Assembly: GCA_963729895.1 (NCBI GenBank)
Contig: CAVSQB010000017.1
Span: 1-49,219, forward strand
DNA length: 49,219 nt
DNA from: an uncultured Fibrobacterota bacterium
Lineage (GTDB): Bacteria > Fibrobacterota > Chitinivibrionia > Chitinivibrionales > FEN-1185
Direction of reading: 5' to 3'
Part shown: one piece after another, positions 9,891-18,889 of the stretch
Layout: each line of letters opens with the position of its first letter
Position numbering within the stretch: position 1 is the stretch's first letter
Position numbers and translations under genes: made by a program
Notes under the pieces: model-generated
Database searches by the model: none
Told to the model about the DNA's origin: nothing
Seen by the model: only the letters and a program-made list of their open reading frames with translations

Positions 9891-10838
9891 TTATTTGTCG
9901 AGGTTGAGCGCCACGGTTGATCCGATCCTTGCCAGATACTCCCCTGTTGCAACCGGAATGCTGGCCGTCCCGTTGCAGGCCGCACCAAAGGTGAGAACCA
10001 CGGTTCCAAGGTCGATGTTCGAATTGCCGTTCGATCCCTGGATCTTCATGTCGCGAACCATGGCATAGCCGCCCCAGGGGTTCCGGCGGCACAAAGAAGG
10101 CGTCATGGTGACGCCGATCATCACGGCCTGGATGATTTCGGTGGTGGAAGGAGAAACGCCCAGATACTGGCTCGCGCCGTACAAAGTATAGACTTCGCCG
10201 CCGGGGTTCGCACCGGCAGGCAGTTTTACAAGCGTGATCCAGGCCTTCTGGTTTACGGCAACGGAACTGTCGGTGGGAAGCGTAAGAGGAATTCCCGAAA
10301 GCTTGACCGTTACGAGCGAATCGGTGATCTTTGTATTGACCACCAGGCTCGAGTCGGCGTTGACGTCTTCGGACGCGAACACGACCATGGTGCCCGACGT
10401 GTCGCGCGTGATGGGCACGAACGCGACGTCCTTGAGGGTGAAGGATCCGTCGCTGACGTTCGTTTGCGTAAAGAACACCGATGCGACCGCGGTGTTTGTG
10501 TCGCTCCACAATCCGACGACCATCATGGTTCCGTTCACGCTGTCGCTTCCCACGGGCAAGGGATAGGCGCGGTCCACGGCGATCTGGACGACCGCATTGC
10601 AGGGAAACGAATCCGACGTTCGCTCAACGCTCACGCCGGGGATCACGGCTTTGTTCATCGCATTCATGGCGATGTTCCCGGCATAGGCGAGCGGCAGGCT
10701 CACCTTGACCGCCTTGGTGAATGCGTCGATCTGCGGGGCCTTGTTGAATTGCTGCACCACATTGTTGATTTGATTGACGCATGCGCATATCGCCAGCAGC
10801 GCGCCTGCAAAAACATTGAGAAGAGGGTTTGTTTTCAT
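9891..10838 (-). CDS. hypothetical lipoprotein
   Basis: Signal peptide with lipobox-like ICAC; 315 aa; likely co-transcribed with the expansin (17-bp gap). Confidence 0.75.
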   Translation of the reverse strand: MKTNPLLNVFAGALLAICACVNQINNVVQQFNKAPQIDAFTKAVKVSLPLAYAGNIAMNAMNKAVIPGVSVERTSDSFPCNAVVQIAVDRAYPLPVGSDSVNGTMMVVGLWSDTNTAVASVFFTQTNVSDGSFTLKDVAFVPITRDTSGTMVVFASEDVNADSSLVVNTKITDSLVTVKLSGIPLTLPTDSSVAVNQKAWITLVKLPAGANPGGEVYTLYGASQYLGVSPSTTEIIQAVMIGVTMTPSLCRRNPWGGYAMVRDMKIQGSNGNSNIDLGTVVLTFGAACNGTASIPVATGEYLARIGSTVALNLDK

Positions 10839-10894
10839 GCGGTTCCTTTCGCAAATGTCGTTGCCGTGCCAAAGGCAATTGAGGGCTGCCCCGG

Positions 10895-11527
10895 CTATCC
10901 CTTTTGCAGAAGCATTACGCCGTTTCGCAGTAACAACACGGCGAAGACAAAGAGAACCATGCCGAGCGACTTCATGATCAACGAGTAGGCATGATCACTA
11001 AACAGACCCCGTGACCGGCCTACGGTGATTGCGACGGCAACCTTGGCCCCGGCAAGACTCGACAAGAAACATACCGGAAAAAGCTCGCCCGCCGTATGCG
11101 ACTGCGGCCAGACTCCAAGCACAAGCGGCGTACCCACCGTTAACCAGAATATATAGGGATGAGGGCTCAAAAAGTTGAGAACAATTCCTTTTCGCAACGA
11201 TCCCGCCGGATTTCGCACATCGTTTCTCCTGAGTTTCGAGGTGCGGACGCTTTGGATTCCCAGCCAGCATACGAACAGCGCGCCGGCCAGGGTGACTATT
11301 CCAAGCACCGACCCCACCCTTGTGAACCGGGAAAGGACCAGCAAAGAAAGGGCGATGATCGGCGCGTCTGTGAACAGCGGTGCAAAAGCTACCTTTACGC
11401 CTTCACGCGCCCCGTGCGAAAGAGACTGGGAAATCGTGAGCGCGAGAAGCGGGCCCGGTGAGAATCCGGCGGCAAGGCCGAACACGAGTGCGGCCCCGAC
11501 CGTCCCGACAATGCCGGCATGGTTCAA
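10895..11527 (-). CDS. LysE-family transporter
   Basis: GFSPGP motif, G..LNFLSPHPYIFW, about six hydrophobic segments. Confidence 0.88.
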   Translation of the reverse strand: MNHAGIVGTVGAALVFGLAAGFSPGPLLALTISQSLSHGAREGVKVAFAPLFTDAPIIALSLLVLSRFTRVGSVLGIVTLAGALFVCWLGIQSVRTSKLRRNDVRNPAGSLRKGIVLNFLSPHPYIFWLTVGTPLVLGVWPQSHTAGELFPVCFLSSLAGAKVAVAITVGRSRGLFSDHAYSLIMKSLGMVLFVFAVLLLRNGVMLLQKG

Positions 11528-11764
11528 AGGCGCCGTGTGAATCTCCTTTCACGCACCGGCCAGGGGAGACGCGAGAAGCAAACGGTTGACAGGTTCCGCA
11601 ACGACGTTTTCCCGCAAACCCCGCCGACCGGAAATATATACCATGGTGCCGGACGCCCGGAGATTTCCCGGCCGCAAACCCTGGTCGCATTCCGCTTTTC
11701 CCAAAATGAAAATGTGCATTGCGAGAACCACCGGACAGCCCCAAAACAAAATTGGAAACAATTT

Positions 11765-11859
11765 TCCCGTTTGGTAGTCTAATACGTATAAGACAAACGG
11801 GTTGACACGGTCTCAATTGAACTGGTACGCGAATTGCAGACAAGTGTATGTGTCAACCC
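11765..11859 (+). promoter_or_regulatory. overlapping inverted repeats upstream of the HTH gene (operator candidate)
   Basis: GGGTTGACAC (11799-11808, contains TTGACA) and GTGTCAACCC (11850-11859) form a perfect 10-bp IR. A second IR, CCCGTTTG...CAAACGGG, lies at ~11766-11801. Confidence 0.5.
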
Positions 11860-11884
11860 AATAACACTTAACAAAGGAGCGGGT

Positions 11885-12154
11885 ATGGCCCTTGCAAGCA
11901 AGAGTGAACTCATCCGGTTGCAGAACACCCTCAAGACCGATGAGGCCATTGCAAAGAAGTTCGGCGTGACAAGGCAGGCGATCCACCAGCTGCGCGCCAA
12001 ATACGGAATTGAATCGAGGAGAGCGCTCAATCCGGCGCGCGACAAGAAAATCGTTGCGATGTATAAGGGCGGAAAGACCGGGCTGGAAATCGCGAAGAAA
12101 TTCGGGCTGTCGGTGTCTCAAACGTATAGAGTGCTGTCGACAAAAAAGAAATAG
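11885..12154 (+). CDS. small basic tandem helix-turn-helix DNA-binding protein
   Basis: RBS AAGGAG. Two HTH units: TDEAIAKKFGVTRQAIHQ and TGLEIAKKFGLSVSQTYR. Confidence 0.85.
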   Translation: MALASKSELIRLQNTLKTDEAIAKKFGVTRQAIHQLRAKYGIESRRALNPARDKKIVAMYKGGKTGLEIAKKFGLSVSQTYRVLSTKKK

Positions 12155-12175
12155 CCGCCGAACGCCGTCGTCTTC

Positions 12176-12203
12176 AGTGAGGCCCGCGCGTGCGGGCCTC
12201 ACT
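12176..12203 (+). terminator. stem-loop after the HTH gene
   Basis: AGTGAGGCCCGC-GCGT-GCGGGCCTCACT, a perfect 12-bp stem with a weak U-tract. Confidence 0.5.
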
Positions 12204-12251
12204 ATTGTACATGGGGAAGTCTTACACCATCACGAGAAAGAGGAGGCTCAA

Positions 12252-12533
12252 ATGAAAAAAATGGTTCTCGCAATGATGCTCGCGGCGTTTGTTCTGTTTC
12301 CCGCTGCGCAGATTTACGCCCAACCCCCGTCGCGCGGGGCCGTTGCAGGGGAGATGGGAGATCATCCGCGCATTGCAACCGCAATAAGGGACCTTGAAGA
12401 TGCGGTTGCCTACATGGAGGCCGCTCCCCATGATTTCGGCGGGCACAAGGCTGCTGCCATTGCCGCTTCGCGCAAGGCGATCAACCAGCTGAGAAAGGCC
12501 ATGGCATATCGCGCAAGAAGGGACGACAGATAA
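12252..12533 (+). CDS. small secreted helical protein
   Basis: RBS AGGAGG and signal peptide MKKMVLAMMLAAFVLFPAAQIYA. HP....A...L..A......APHDFGGHK..AI pattern. Confidence 0.85.
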   Translation: MKKMVLAMMLAAFVLFPAAQIYAQPPSRGAVAGEMGDHPRIATAIRDLEDAVAYMEAAPHDFGGHKAAAIAASRKAINQLRKAMAYRARRDDR

Positions 12534-12787
12534 GGCTCCTCGTGGATTGACCATAAGAGCGTGTTTGTTTAACCGCGGGCGCCGAATTTCTCACGAGTGG
12601 GAAGCGGCGCCCTTGCTTTTGAGCCGCGCGATGCGTGTGATTTTGCTGTCAAAAATTGCGTCGGCGTGATGCAATGTTTCGATAACATGAAAGCCTCCCT
12701 TCCCGCTGTTCTTCCGCCCGGCACACACTATTTTCGGTAGGTTTGCAATCGCATTATGCCACTGTACCTCGGGAGTTGCCCAAACTA

Positions 12788-14494
12788 ATGCGCGTCTTGC
12801 TCATTTTTACCGGTATCATGCTCGCCGCCGGCCTCTGTGACATCTGCAATGCCGCAAACGAAACCGTGCATGCCTGGATCACCACCTCCACCGCCAGCTG
12901 GGTGGCGCGGGGGCTGGAGCCAACCGACACCGCCGTGTTCACGGGCGATTCGCAAACCGCAACAACGACCATAACCGTCAACGAGAAGATACGGTACCAG
13001 CAATGGGAAGGCGCGGGCGCGTCGTTTACCGACGGCGCCGCCTGGCTCATCGACAGCATTGTCAAACCTGAATTGCGCGACAGCGTCATGACCATGCTGT
13101 TCGACCCGCAGAAAGGCATCGGCGTGAGCTACCTCCGCAACCCCATGGGTTCGTCGGACCTCACGCTCTCGCGCTATACCTACGACGACAATCCCGCCGA
13201 CAAAAACGACTCCACCCTCCCGCATTTCAGCATCGCGCACGACCTCATGGACGTGCTGCCGCTCACCAAGCAGGCCAGGAAGCTCAACCCGGCGCTCACC
13301 CTGCAGATGAACGAATGGAGCCCGCCGGCCTGGATGAAATCGAACAACAGCGTGGTGGGCGGCGCAATCCTCCCCCAGTGCTATGCGCACCACGCAAACT
13401 ATTATGTCAAGACCATAGAGGCGTACGAGGCCGAAAGCGTGCATGTCAACTATGTGACGCTCAACAACGAACCGTCGTGCTGCGACAGTATCGACTATCC
13501 GTCCGTTTCCAAGATGGGAACCGACACAATGCGCACCATGCTGGAGAGCTATTGGCTGCCCGCGTTTGCGGCCAAAAAACTGACCACCAGGATCCTGCTG
13601 CTGGATTTCAATCCCGATCACGTCAGTCTTGTGGAGCCGTTTTTGCCCGACCCGCAGATACAAAACAGTCCCTTCATAGGCGGCGTTGCATTTCACGGAT
13701 ACGGGGGAGACCCGTCTGTCCAGACCACGGTTTTCGACCAATACGGGTACAACATTTTCTTTACCGAATGGTCGGGCTTTGCCGACGGGCAGGCCCAGCA
13801 GGAAGCGGACATGCTCAAGATCGTGTCCGTGATCCGCAACTACGCAAAATCGTTTGTCAAGTGGCCGATCGCCACCGACGAAGAATTCGGCCCGCACATC
13901 GGCGGCTGCGACGGGTGCAGGGGACTTATCCGGGTGTGGCGCTACGACGCGCAGAAAATGGGCACGGTTGATTTCCGGATCGATTACTACGACGTTGGGC
14001 ACATCACCAAGTTCGTGTCGAACGGCGCGTACCGGATCTTTTCCTCGTACGACTCCCAACTCCTCAACGTTGCGTTTGCAAACCCGGACGAATCCATCGC
14101 CCTGCTCGTGTTCAACGACACGCTCGCCGACAGAACCATAAAAGTGGCCTGGGGCGGCCAGTCGTTTGTCTACACCGTACCGTCAAAGGCCAGCATCACA
14201 TTCAAGTGGGCGCCAACGGTGGGCATCCGGGAAACAGTCGCGCCGTCCCCCGCGCCCGGCCGGGGCGTTTGGGTACGGCGCACGGCGGGCGGCTTTGCCG
14301 TCGGTTTGCCGTCAGTCAATAGATACGCCGTCGACCTGTTCGACGTACGGGGACGCGTCCTTGCCGGACAGCAGGCTGTGGGCGGCGCGTCGTTTCTTGA
14401 CACACGCGGGTTGGCAGGGGGAATGTATTTTGTGCGGGTCGCGGGCCAAGGGACGGCGGTGGTGAAGGCGTGCGTGTGGGATGGCGGGCGGTAA
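12788..14494 (+). CDS. glycoside hydrolase family 30 (beta-1,6-glucanase-like) with T9SS-CTD-like tail
   Basis: YQQWEGAGASFTD, LRNPMGSSD, WSPPAWMK, TLNNEP (acid/base), FFTEWSG (nucleophile), NVAFANPD. Tail VDLFDVRGR...GLAGGMYFVRV. Confidence 0.92.
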   Translation: MRVLLIFTGIMLAAGLCDICNAANETVHAWITTSTASWVARGLEPTDTAVFTGDSQTATTTITVNEKIRYQQWEGAGASFTDGAAWLIDSIVKPELRDSVMTMLFDPQKGIGVSYLRNPMGSSDLTLSRYTYDDNPADKNDSTLPHFSIAHDLMDVLPLTKQARKLNPALTLQMNEWSPPAWMKSNNSVVGGAILPQCYAHHANYYVKTIEAYEAESVHVNYVTLNNEPSCCDSIDYPSVSKMGTDTMRTMLESYWLPAFAAKKLTTRILLLDFNPDHVSLVEPFLPDPQIQNSPFIGGVAFHGYGGDPSVQTTVFDQYGYNIFFTEWSGFADGQAQQEADMLKIVSVIRNYAKSFVKWPIATDEEFGPHIGGCDGCRGLIRVWRYDAQKMGTVDFRIDYYDVGHITKFVSNGAYRIFSSYDSQLLNVAFANPDESIALLVFNDTLADRTIKVAWGGQSFVYTVPSKASITFKWAPTVGIRETVAPSPAPGRGVWVRRTAGGFAVGLPSVNRYAVDLFDVRGRVLAGQQAVGGASFLDTRGLAGGMYFVRVAGQGTAVVKACVWDGGR

Positions 14495-14548
14495 GGGAAG
14501 CTCTCTCGCAAAGACAAAGAACAATAATCCAAAAGAAGATCTCGCGTC

Positions 14549-14617
14549 GTGAATGCAAATGCTGCAAAGTCATGTGTTGAAGGCAAGAGTGTACTTATCA
14601 CGGGATGTTCTTCCGGA
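14549..14617 (+). pseudogene. N-terminal fragment of an SDR oxidoreductase
   Basis: GKSVLITGCSSG (Rossmann TGxxxG motif) stops exactly where the repeat element at 14619 begins. Confidence 0.5.
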
Positions 14618-14618
14618 G

Positions 14619-14911
14619 ATGCGTTTCTGGTTTGCCGAGCGTGTGCGGCGTGGATGTACCCGTGGCAAGCCCGAACCCTCTGTTGCGCGCACACTTGGAA
14701 CACCAGGTTGACAATATCAAATACCAATGCACAGGCGACGTTTGCATCTGTACACTCCCATCCGTACGATTGCGCCTCGCGGGTACCCCACTGCAAAGGA
14801 TTGGATTCTTGCCGCAACTCCCACTCGGGGGTTACCCGGCTCAGCCAAACAGATGCATTCTATTTGCATTTTGATATCGCTGCGCGCACACTAGCAACGT
14901 CCGGTTAACAA
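14619..14911 (-). repeat. short member of the GCTGAGCCGG-TIR repeat family
   Basis: Left end GGTTTGCCGAGCGTGTGCGGCG matches 46464 (19/22). 14803-14911 is the reverse-complement homologue of 39049-39156. Internal duplicate at 14681-14714. Confidence 0.75.
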
Positions 14912-15033
14912 CATCGGAACATAATGCCTTGATCTTGTGCTTGCTTCTGAGATGGTCCGGGATTTTTGAACAGGAAATAATGGTTTCTTAGTTGGATTCC
15001 GAGGGTATTTTTTCATTATCAAAGGAGTCCAAC

Positions 15034-15396
15034 ATGAACCGGAAGCAGCAAGCGAAGGCCGCCGCGATGTCCCCGAACAGCGATGGCAACCCCGCCAAGC
15101 GGACCCGCCGCAAGATCGACGACGCTCTGAAGACGAAGGTGGTTCTGGAAGCCTTGAAGGAGGCCGAACCGCTGTCCGTTTTGGCAAGTCGGTACGAAGT
15201 CCATCCCAACCAGATAGCTCAGTGGCGCAGGCAGTTTCTTGGCAACGCGCAGATGGCTTTTTCGGGAGACAAGAACGCCGAGCAAGAGCTTGAGCGCGTT
15301 CGCGGTGATCGCGATGAGTATGCACGCAAGGTCGGGGAGCTGACCATGGATGTCGAGTTCCTAAAAAAAAACTTGCGGAAGCTGGGCATGCTATGA
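15034..15396 (+). CDS. IS3 transposase OrfA (HTH)
   Basis: KTKVVLEAL...LASRYEVHPNQIAQWRRQF. A9 slippery run at 15363-15371. Confidence 0.9.
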   Translation: MNRKQQAKAAAMSPNSDGNPAKRTRRKIDDALKTKVVLEALKEAEPLSVLASRYEVHPNQIAQWRRQFLGNAQMAFSGDKNAEQELERVRGDRDEYARKVGELTMDVEFLKKNLRKLGML

Positions 15397-16235
15397 GAGC
15401 AAAGATGGCCGATTCTACAAGCGAGGACTTGACTTTGAAGAGGCAGTGTTCGCTGCTTTCCATTTGTCGGACCTCGATTTACTATACGCCGCAGACTAGT
15501 CCGATGAACAAGTTGCTCATGGATCGTATCGATGAGCTATTCACCGATGACCCCACGCGGGGCACCAGAAGGCTCCGGGCGGCCATGAGGCGTCAGTTTG
15601 GGCTGGAGGTTGGGCGCAGCAAGATTCGCAGGCTGATGGCCCGTATGGGCCTCCACGCGATCTACCGGGCCCTGAACACCTCGAAGCCCAATAAGGCACA
15701 CAAGAAGTACCCGTATCTGCTTCGTGGCGTAGTGGTCAACCACCCCAACCAGGTGTGGAGCACCGATATCACCTACATCCGCCTCAACGGCGGCTTCGCT
15801 TACCTCTGCGCCGTTATCGACTGGTACAGTCGGTGCGTCCTTGCATGGCGTCTGTCGACCTCGCTGGACAGCGGCTTCTGCATCGAAGTTCTCAAGGAGG
15901 CACTGGCGAAGTACGGAGAACCGGAAATCTTCAACTCGGATCAGGGATGTCAGTTCACCAGCGAGGAGTTCACCTCGGTGCTCCTTGAACGCGGTATCCG
16001 GATCAGCATGGACGGACGAGGGCGGGCGCTGGATAACGTGTTTGTCGAGAGGCTGTGGCGAACGGTCAAGTACGACGACATCTACATACGGGGGTACAGC
16101 TCCGTTGCCGAGTGCCGCACCGGCCTTGCGGAGTTCTTTGAACGGTACAACAACCGGAGGGAGCACTCGTCCCTCCTTTACAACTATCCAATGGAAGTGT
16201 ATATTGGTGAGGTAGTGCTATCAAAGGCAGCTTGA
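15393..16235 (+). CDS. IS3 transposase OrfB (rve integrase core)
   Basis: PNQVWSTDITYI, IFNSDQGCQFTS, DNVFVERLWRTVKY. In the -1 frame relative to orfA. Confidence 0.93.
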   Translation: MRAKMADSTSEDLTLKRQCSLLSICRTSIYYTPQTSPMNKLLMDRIDELFTDDPTRGTRRLRAAMRRQFGLEVGRSKIRRLMARMGLHAIYRALNTSKPNKAHKKYPYLLRGVVVNHPNQVWSTDITYIRLNGGFAYLCAVIDWYSRCVLAWRLSTSLDSGFCIEVLKEALAKYGEPEIFNSDQGCQFTSEEFTSVLLERGIRISMDGRGRALDNVFVERLWRTVKYDDIYIRGYSSVAECRTGLAEFFERYNNRREHSSLLYNYPMEVYIGEVVLSKAA

Positions 16236-16302
16236 CGAGCAAGACAGGCAAGGCCAACTAAGCAATCAGAAATTCCTGTCAAGAAAAGTCGACCATCTCA
16301 TA

Positions 16303-16608
16303 TACGCAGTTTCACCCGGAGCCGCTCCAGATACCCAGGCGGTTCGCAATCTAGGTTTTGTAATGAAGCGCCTGATGATGCCGATCGTGAAACTTATTCC
16401 CGGAATGTCACATACCGTTGACGACGGGGCCAAAAGATATCTCGCTGCTATAAATTTTGGCGTTGAGAACTCGGGCAAGTTCTTTGCGTCGCCTCCAAAA
16501 AAGATGACGGGGCCCATTGAGGTCATGCGCCATGAACACCTCCATGACCGCGCAAATCAGGACGCCTGTTGGCGGGCGGTTGTAAAGGTATCTGGCGTTG
16601 ACGCCTGA
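16303..16608 (+). pseudogene. C-terminal fragment of an SDR oxidoreductase
   Basis: Frame is open directly from the IS end: YAVSPG...T...GAKRYL...SGKFFAS...D.ANQDACW. 5' part is missing. Confidence 0.6.
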
Positions 16609-16807
16609 GTTTTTCAAACGTCACCAAAGAAGATTTCTGTTTCTAGATAACTCAGAAACCACTATATATCCTATATAAATCTGTGGGCAAAGAAATAGAC
16701 TGAAGCCGCCGACGGAGAGAAGAAAACGGGCTGAAAGACAATAAAAGGCGAAGAGCCGCCGCAAAAGCCATCACACTATAGTAACGTTCCGGTTTACATC
16801 TTACAAC

Positions 16808-18573
16808 GAGGCTGTAGGAAAACCCCATCTTTTCTAAGCGGACCGGCATCTTTTTCCTTATATTACCATATGTAAATATAAGCGAAAGGAGCCTGATGCC
16901 TCGTTTCAAGCCGTACTCCTACGAACAGACCAAGATGATCCCCCTCTCCTTTGATCGCCAGATTCTTCCCGGAACGTTTGAGTATACCATCAGCAAGACC
17001 GTAAATACCCTTGATCTTACTTTGTTTCATCGCCGTTTTAAGAACGACGACAACGGCGCACCGGCATTCGACCCCGCCATTCTCCTTAAAATTGTTCTGT
17101 ATGCCTATTCCAAAGGGGTCGTATCCTCCCGGAAAATTGCACAGCTTTGTGACGAGAACGTGGTGTTCATGGCGCTTTCGGCGGATAGTCACCCCCATTT
17201 TACCACGATAGCGGATTTCGTATCGAGCATGCAGGAGGAAATCCTGCCATTGTTCCGTCAGGTCGTGCTTGTCTGTTTGGAATTGGATCTAATCGAGGGC
17301 AGCATGTTTGCCATAGACGGGTGCAAGATTTCGTCGAACGCATCCAAGGAGTGGAGCGGGACTAAGGAGGATTTAGGAAAAAAGCGGGAGAAACTGATAA
17401 AAGCGCTCGATTACATGGTAAAGCGTCACATAGAGAAGGACAAGCGTGGTGAGATAAGCGAAGACGAGGACAGAAACTTTGACGACCGTCTCAAAGCGGC
17501 GCAGGCGAAGATTGACAAGCTTGAAAAGTGGCTCTCGGAGAACGAGGACAAGCCGGGCAAACGCCGCAGGGTGCGGCAGAGCAATATTACGGACAATGAA
17601 AGCGCGAAGATGAAGACGTCGCATGGTGTTATCCAAGGGTATACTGGTGTGGCCGCGGTTGACGCGAAGCATCAGATTGTCGTTCACACGGAAGCGTTCG
17701 GTGAAGGTCAGGAAGGAGACACGCTTGCGCCTGTCATGCAAGGTTTAAAGACGAACTTGAAAGAAGCGGGGTTAGGTCCAGACGTGCTTGAGGGTGCTGT
17801 CATCACCGCCGATTCCAATTTTCATAGCATCGAAAACCTGAAGGTGCTCCATAATGAACGGGCGGATGGATATATCCCGGACAACAATTTTAGAAAACGA
17901 GACCCGCGGTTTTCGACGGCGTTTCGACACAAGGGGAATGACATACCGCGAGAGAAGTTTTTTGAGACTTCCGACTTCCATTATGACAAGAGAAGCGGAT
18001 GCTACATTTGTCCAGCGGGGAAAAAGCTGCATACCAACAAAAATCTTATGCAGATTCTGGGATTGAACTATTATGCGTACAAGGCTTCACGCCGTGACTG
18101 CGGCGTGTGTGGCCTGAAAGCCAGGTGCATGAGAAACGAGCGTTCGAAGAGCAAGTCAATCAATATAAATAAAGACCCGTACCAGTACCTGGTCAAGGAA
18201 ATGGCGTCCAAGATCGATACGCCGGATGGAAGGGAGATTTACAGCAAGCGGATGGCAATCATTGAGCCGGTATTTGGAAACATCCGTGGGGCGAAACGAA
18301 TGGACCGATTTACTCTCAGGACAAAGCGCAAAGTGAATATACAGTGGCTGTTATATTGTCTTGTGCATAATATCGAGAAGATATGCAATTACGCCCCTCA
18401 GTGGGCGGTTTAACCTGGGAGAATAGTCCGTGTGGATGAAAAAAGCTGATTCGACTTCATTTTCAACCTGTTTCATTGTTTCGTTTTAAATCATCTTGAT
18501 TTTGCGGACTGGTACAACCTAGTTTTTCAACAAACCAAGAGACGGCGGCAAATCCAGGTTTTTCTACAGGCTC
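16808..18573 (+). mobile_element. IS1182-family insertion sequence
   Basis: TIRs GAGGCTGTAGGAAAACC / GAGCCTGTAGAAAAACC. Duplicated (C)AAC flanks at 16804-16807 and 18573-18576. Confidence 0.9.
16896..18413 (+). CDS. IS1182-family transposase
   Basis: GAPAFDPAILLKIVLYAYSKGVVSSRKI (DUF772), AIDGCK, ADSNF, CPAGK zinc-ribbon insert, RMAIIEPVFGNI. Confidence 0.95.
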   Translation: MPRFKPYSYEQTKMIPLSFDRQILPGTFEYTISKTVNTLDLTLFHRRFKNDDNGAPAFDPAILLKIVLYAYSKGVVSSRKIAQLCDENVVFMALSADSHPHFTTIADFVSSMQEEILPLFRQVVLVCLELDLIEGSMFAIDGCKISSNASKEWSGTKEDLGKKREKLIKALDYMVKRHIEKDKRGEISEDEDRNFDDRLKAAQAKIDKLEKWLSENEDKPGKRRRVRQSNITDNESAKMKTSHGVIQGYTGVAAVDAKHQIVVHTEAFGEGQEGDTLAPVMQGLKTNLKEAGLGPDVLEGAVITADSNFHSIENLKVLHNERADGYIPDNNFRKRDPRFSTAFRHKGNDIPREKFFETSDFHYDKRSGCYICPAGKKLHTNKNLMQILGLNYYAYKASRRDCGVCGLKARCMRNERSKSKSININKDPYQYLVKEMASKIDTPDGREIYSKRMAIIEPVFGNIRGAKRMDRFTLRTKRKVNIQWLLYCLVHNIEKICNYAPQWAV

Positions 18574-18738
18574 AACAGCGCCAGCCCAAAATGCCCGCAG
18601 CACTGGCAGTAGCGCCTGCGTGTCCGTTGCGCTCGGGCGGTGTCCTTTCGCAAGGCCTCAATGCACCGTCCACTCGCTCCACGGCACTCCGGCAATATTA
18701 TAGGCGGGCACTTCGGGCGGTTGGCGCGAACGTTAGGG
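18574..18738 (+). other. attC-like recombination site (long type), left end disrupted by IS1182
   Basis: AAC-A-GCGCCA-GCCC-AAAA-TGCCCGC ... GCGGGCA-CTTC-GGGC-GGT-TGGCGC-GAAC-GTTAGGG. Nested pairing with internal stems GGGCGGTG/CACCGTCC and CCTT/AAGG. Confidence 0.6.
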
Positions 18739-18852
18739 TTAGAGAAAATTCAAATTCTAGATTTCATCGTGGATATGTCGGCTATTTCTTCAACTTGATC
18801 GGGCTAAATACCCTTCCAATCTCGTAAATATCTAATCGACAACCCGCTAATT

Positions 18853-18889
18853 ATGTATGTTTCCTAAAATAACTATAGGATTCATACAT
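18853..18889 (+). promoter_or_regulatory. inverted repeat over the abiEi RBS/start (autoregulatory operator candidate)
   Basis: ATGTATGTTTCCTAAA / TATAGGATTCATACAT, 13/16 match. Confidence 0.55.

Larger units (their letters stand above)
14948..16300 (+). mobile_element. IS3-family insertion sequence
   Basis: TG...CA ends, TIR TGAGATGGTC...ACAGGAA, orfA plus orfB. No TSD (flanks GCTTC / TATAC). Confidence 0.92.

Noticed and set aside
9874..10509. N-terminal 212 aa of the 513-aa expansin ORF
   Set aside because: Overlaps the lipoprotein gene in another frame. The real start with signal peptide is at 9873.
12785..14059. Long antisense ORFs over GH30, hppA, TPR, dinG and similar genes
   Set aside because: Typical GC-rich shadow ORFs opposite well-supported genes.
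8693..14858. 6-kb composite transposon bounded by the repeat ends at 8693 and 14858
   Set aside because: They are inverted relative to each other, but the 14858 end already pairs with 14619, and no TSD or transposase supports a larger unit.
16609..16803. Possible small gene cassette upstream of the attC-like site
   Set aside because: No convincing ORF or second attC found; left unannotated.
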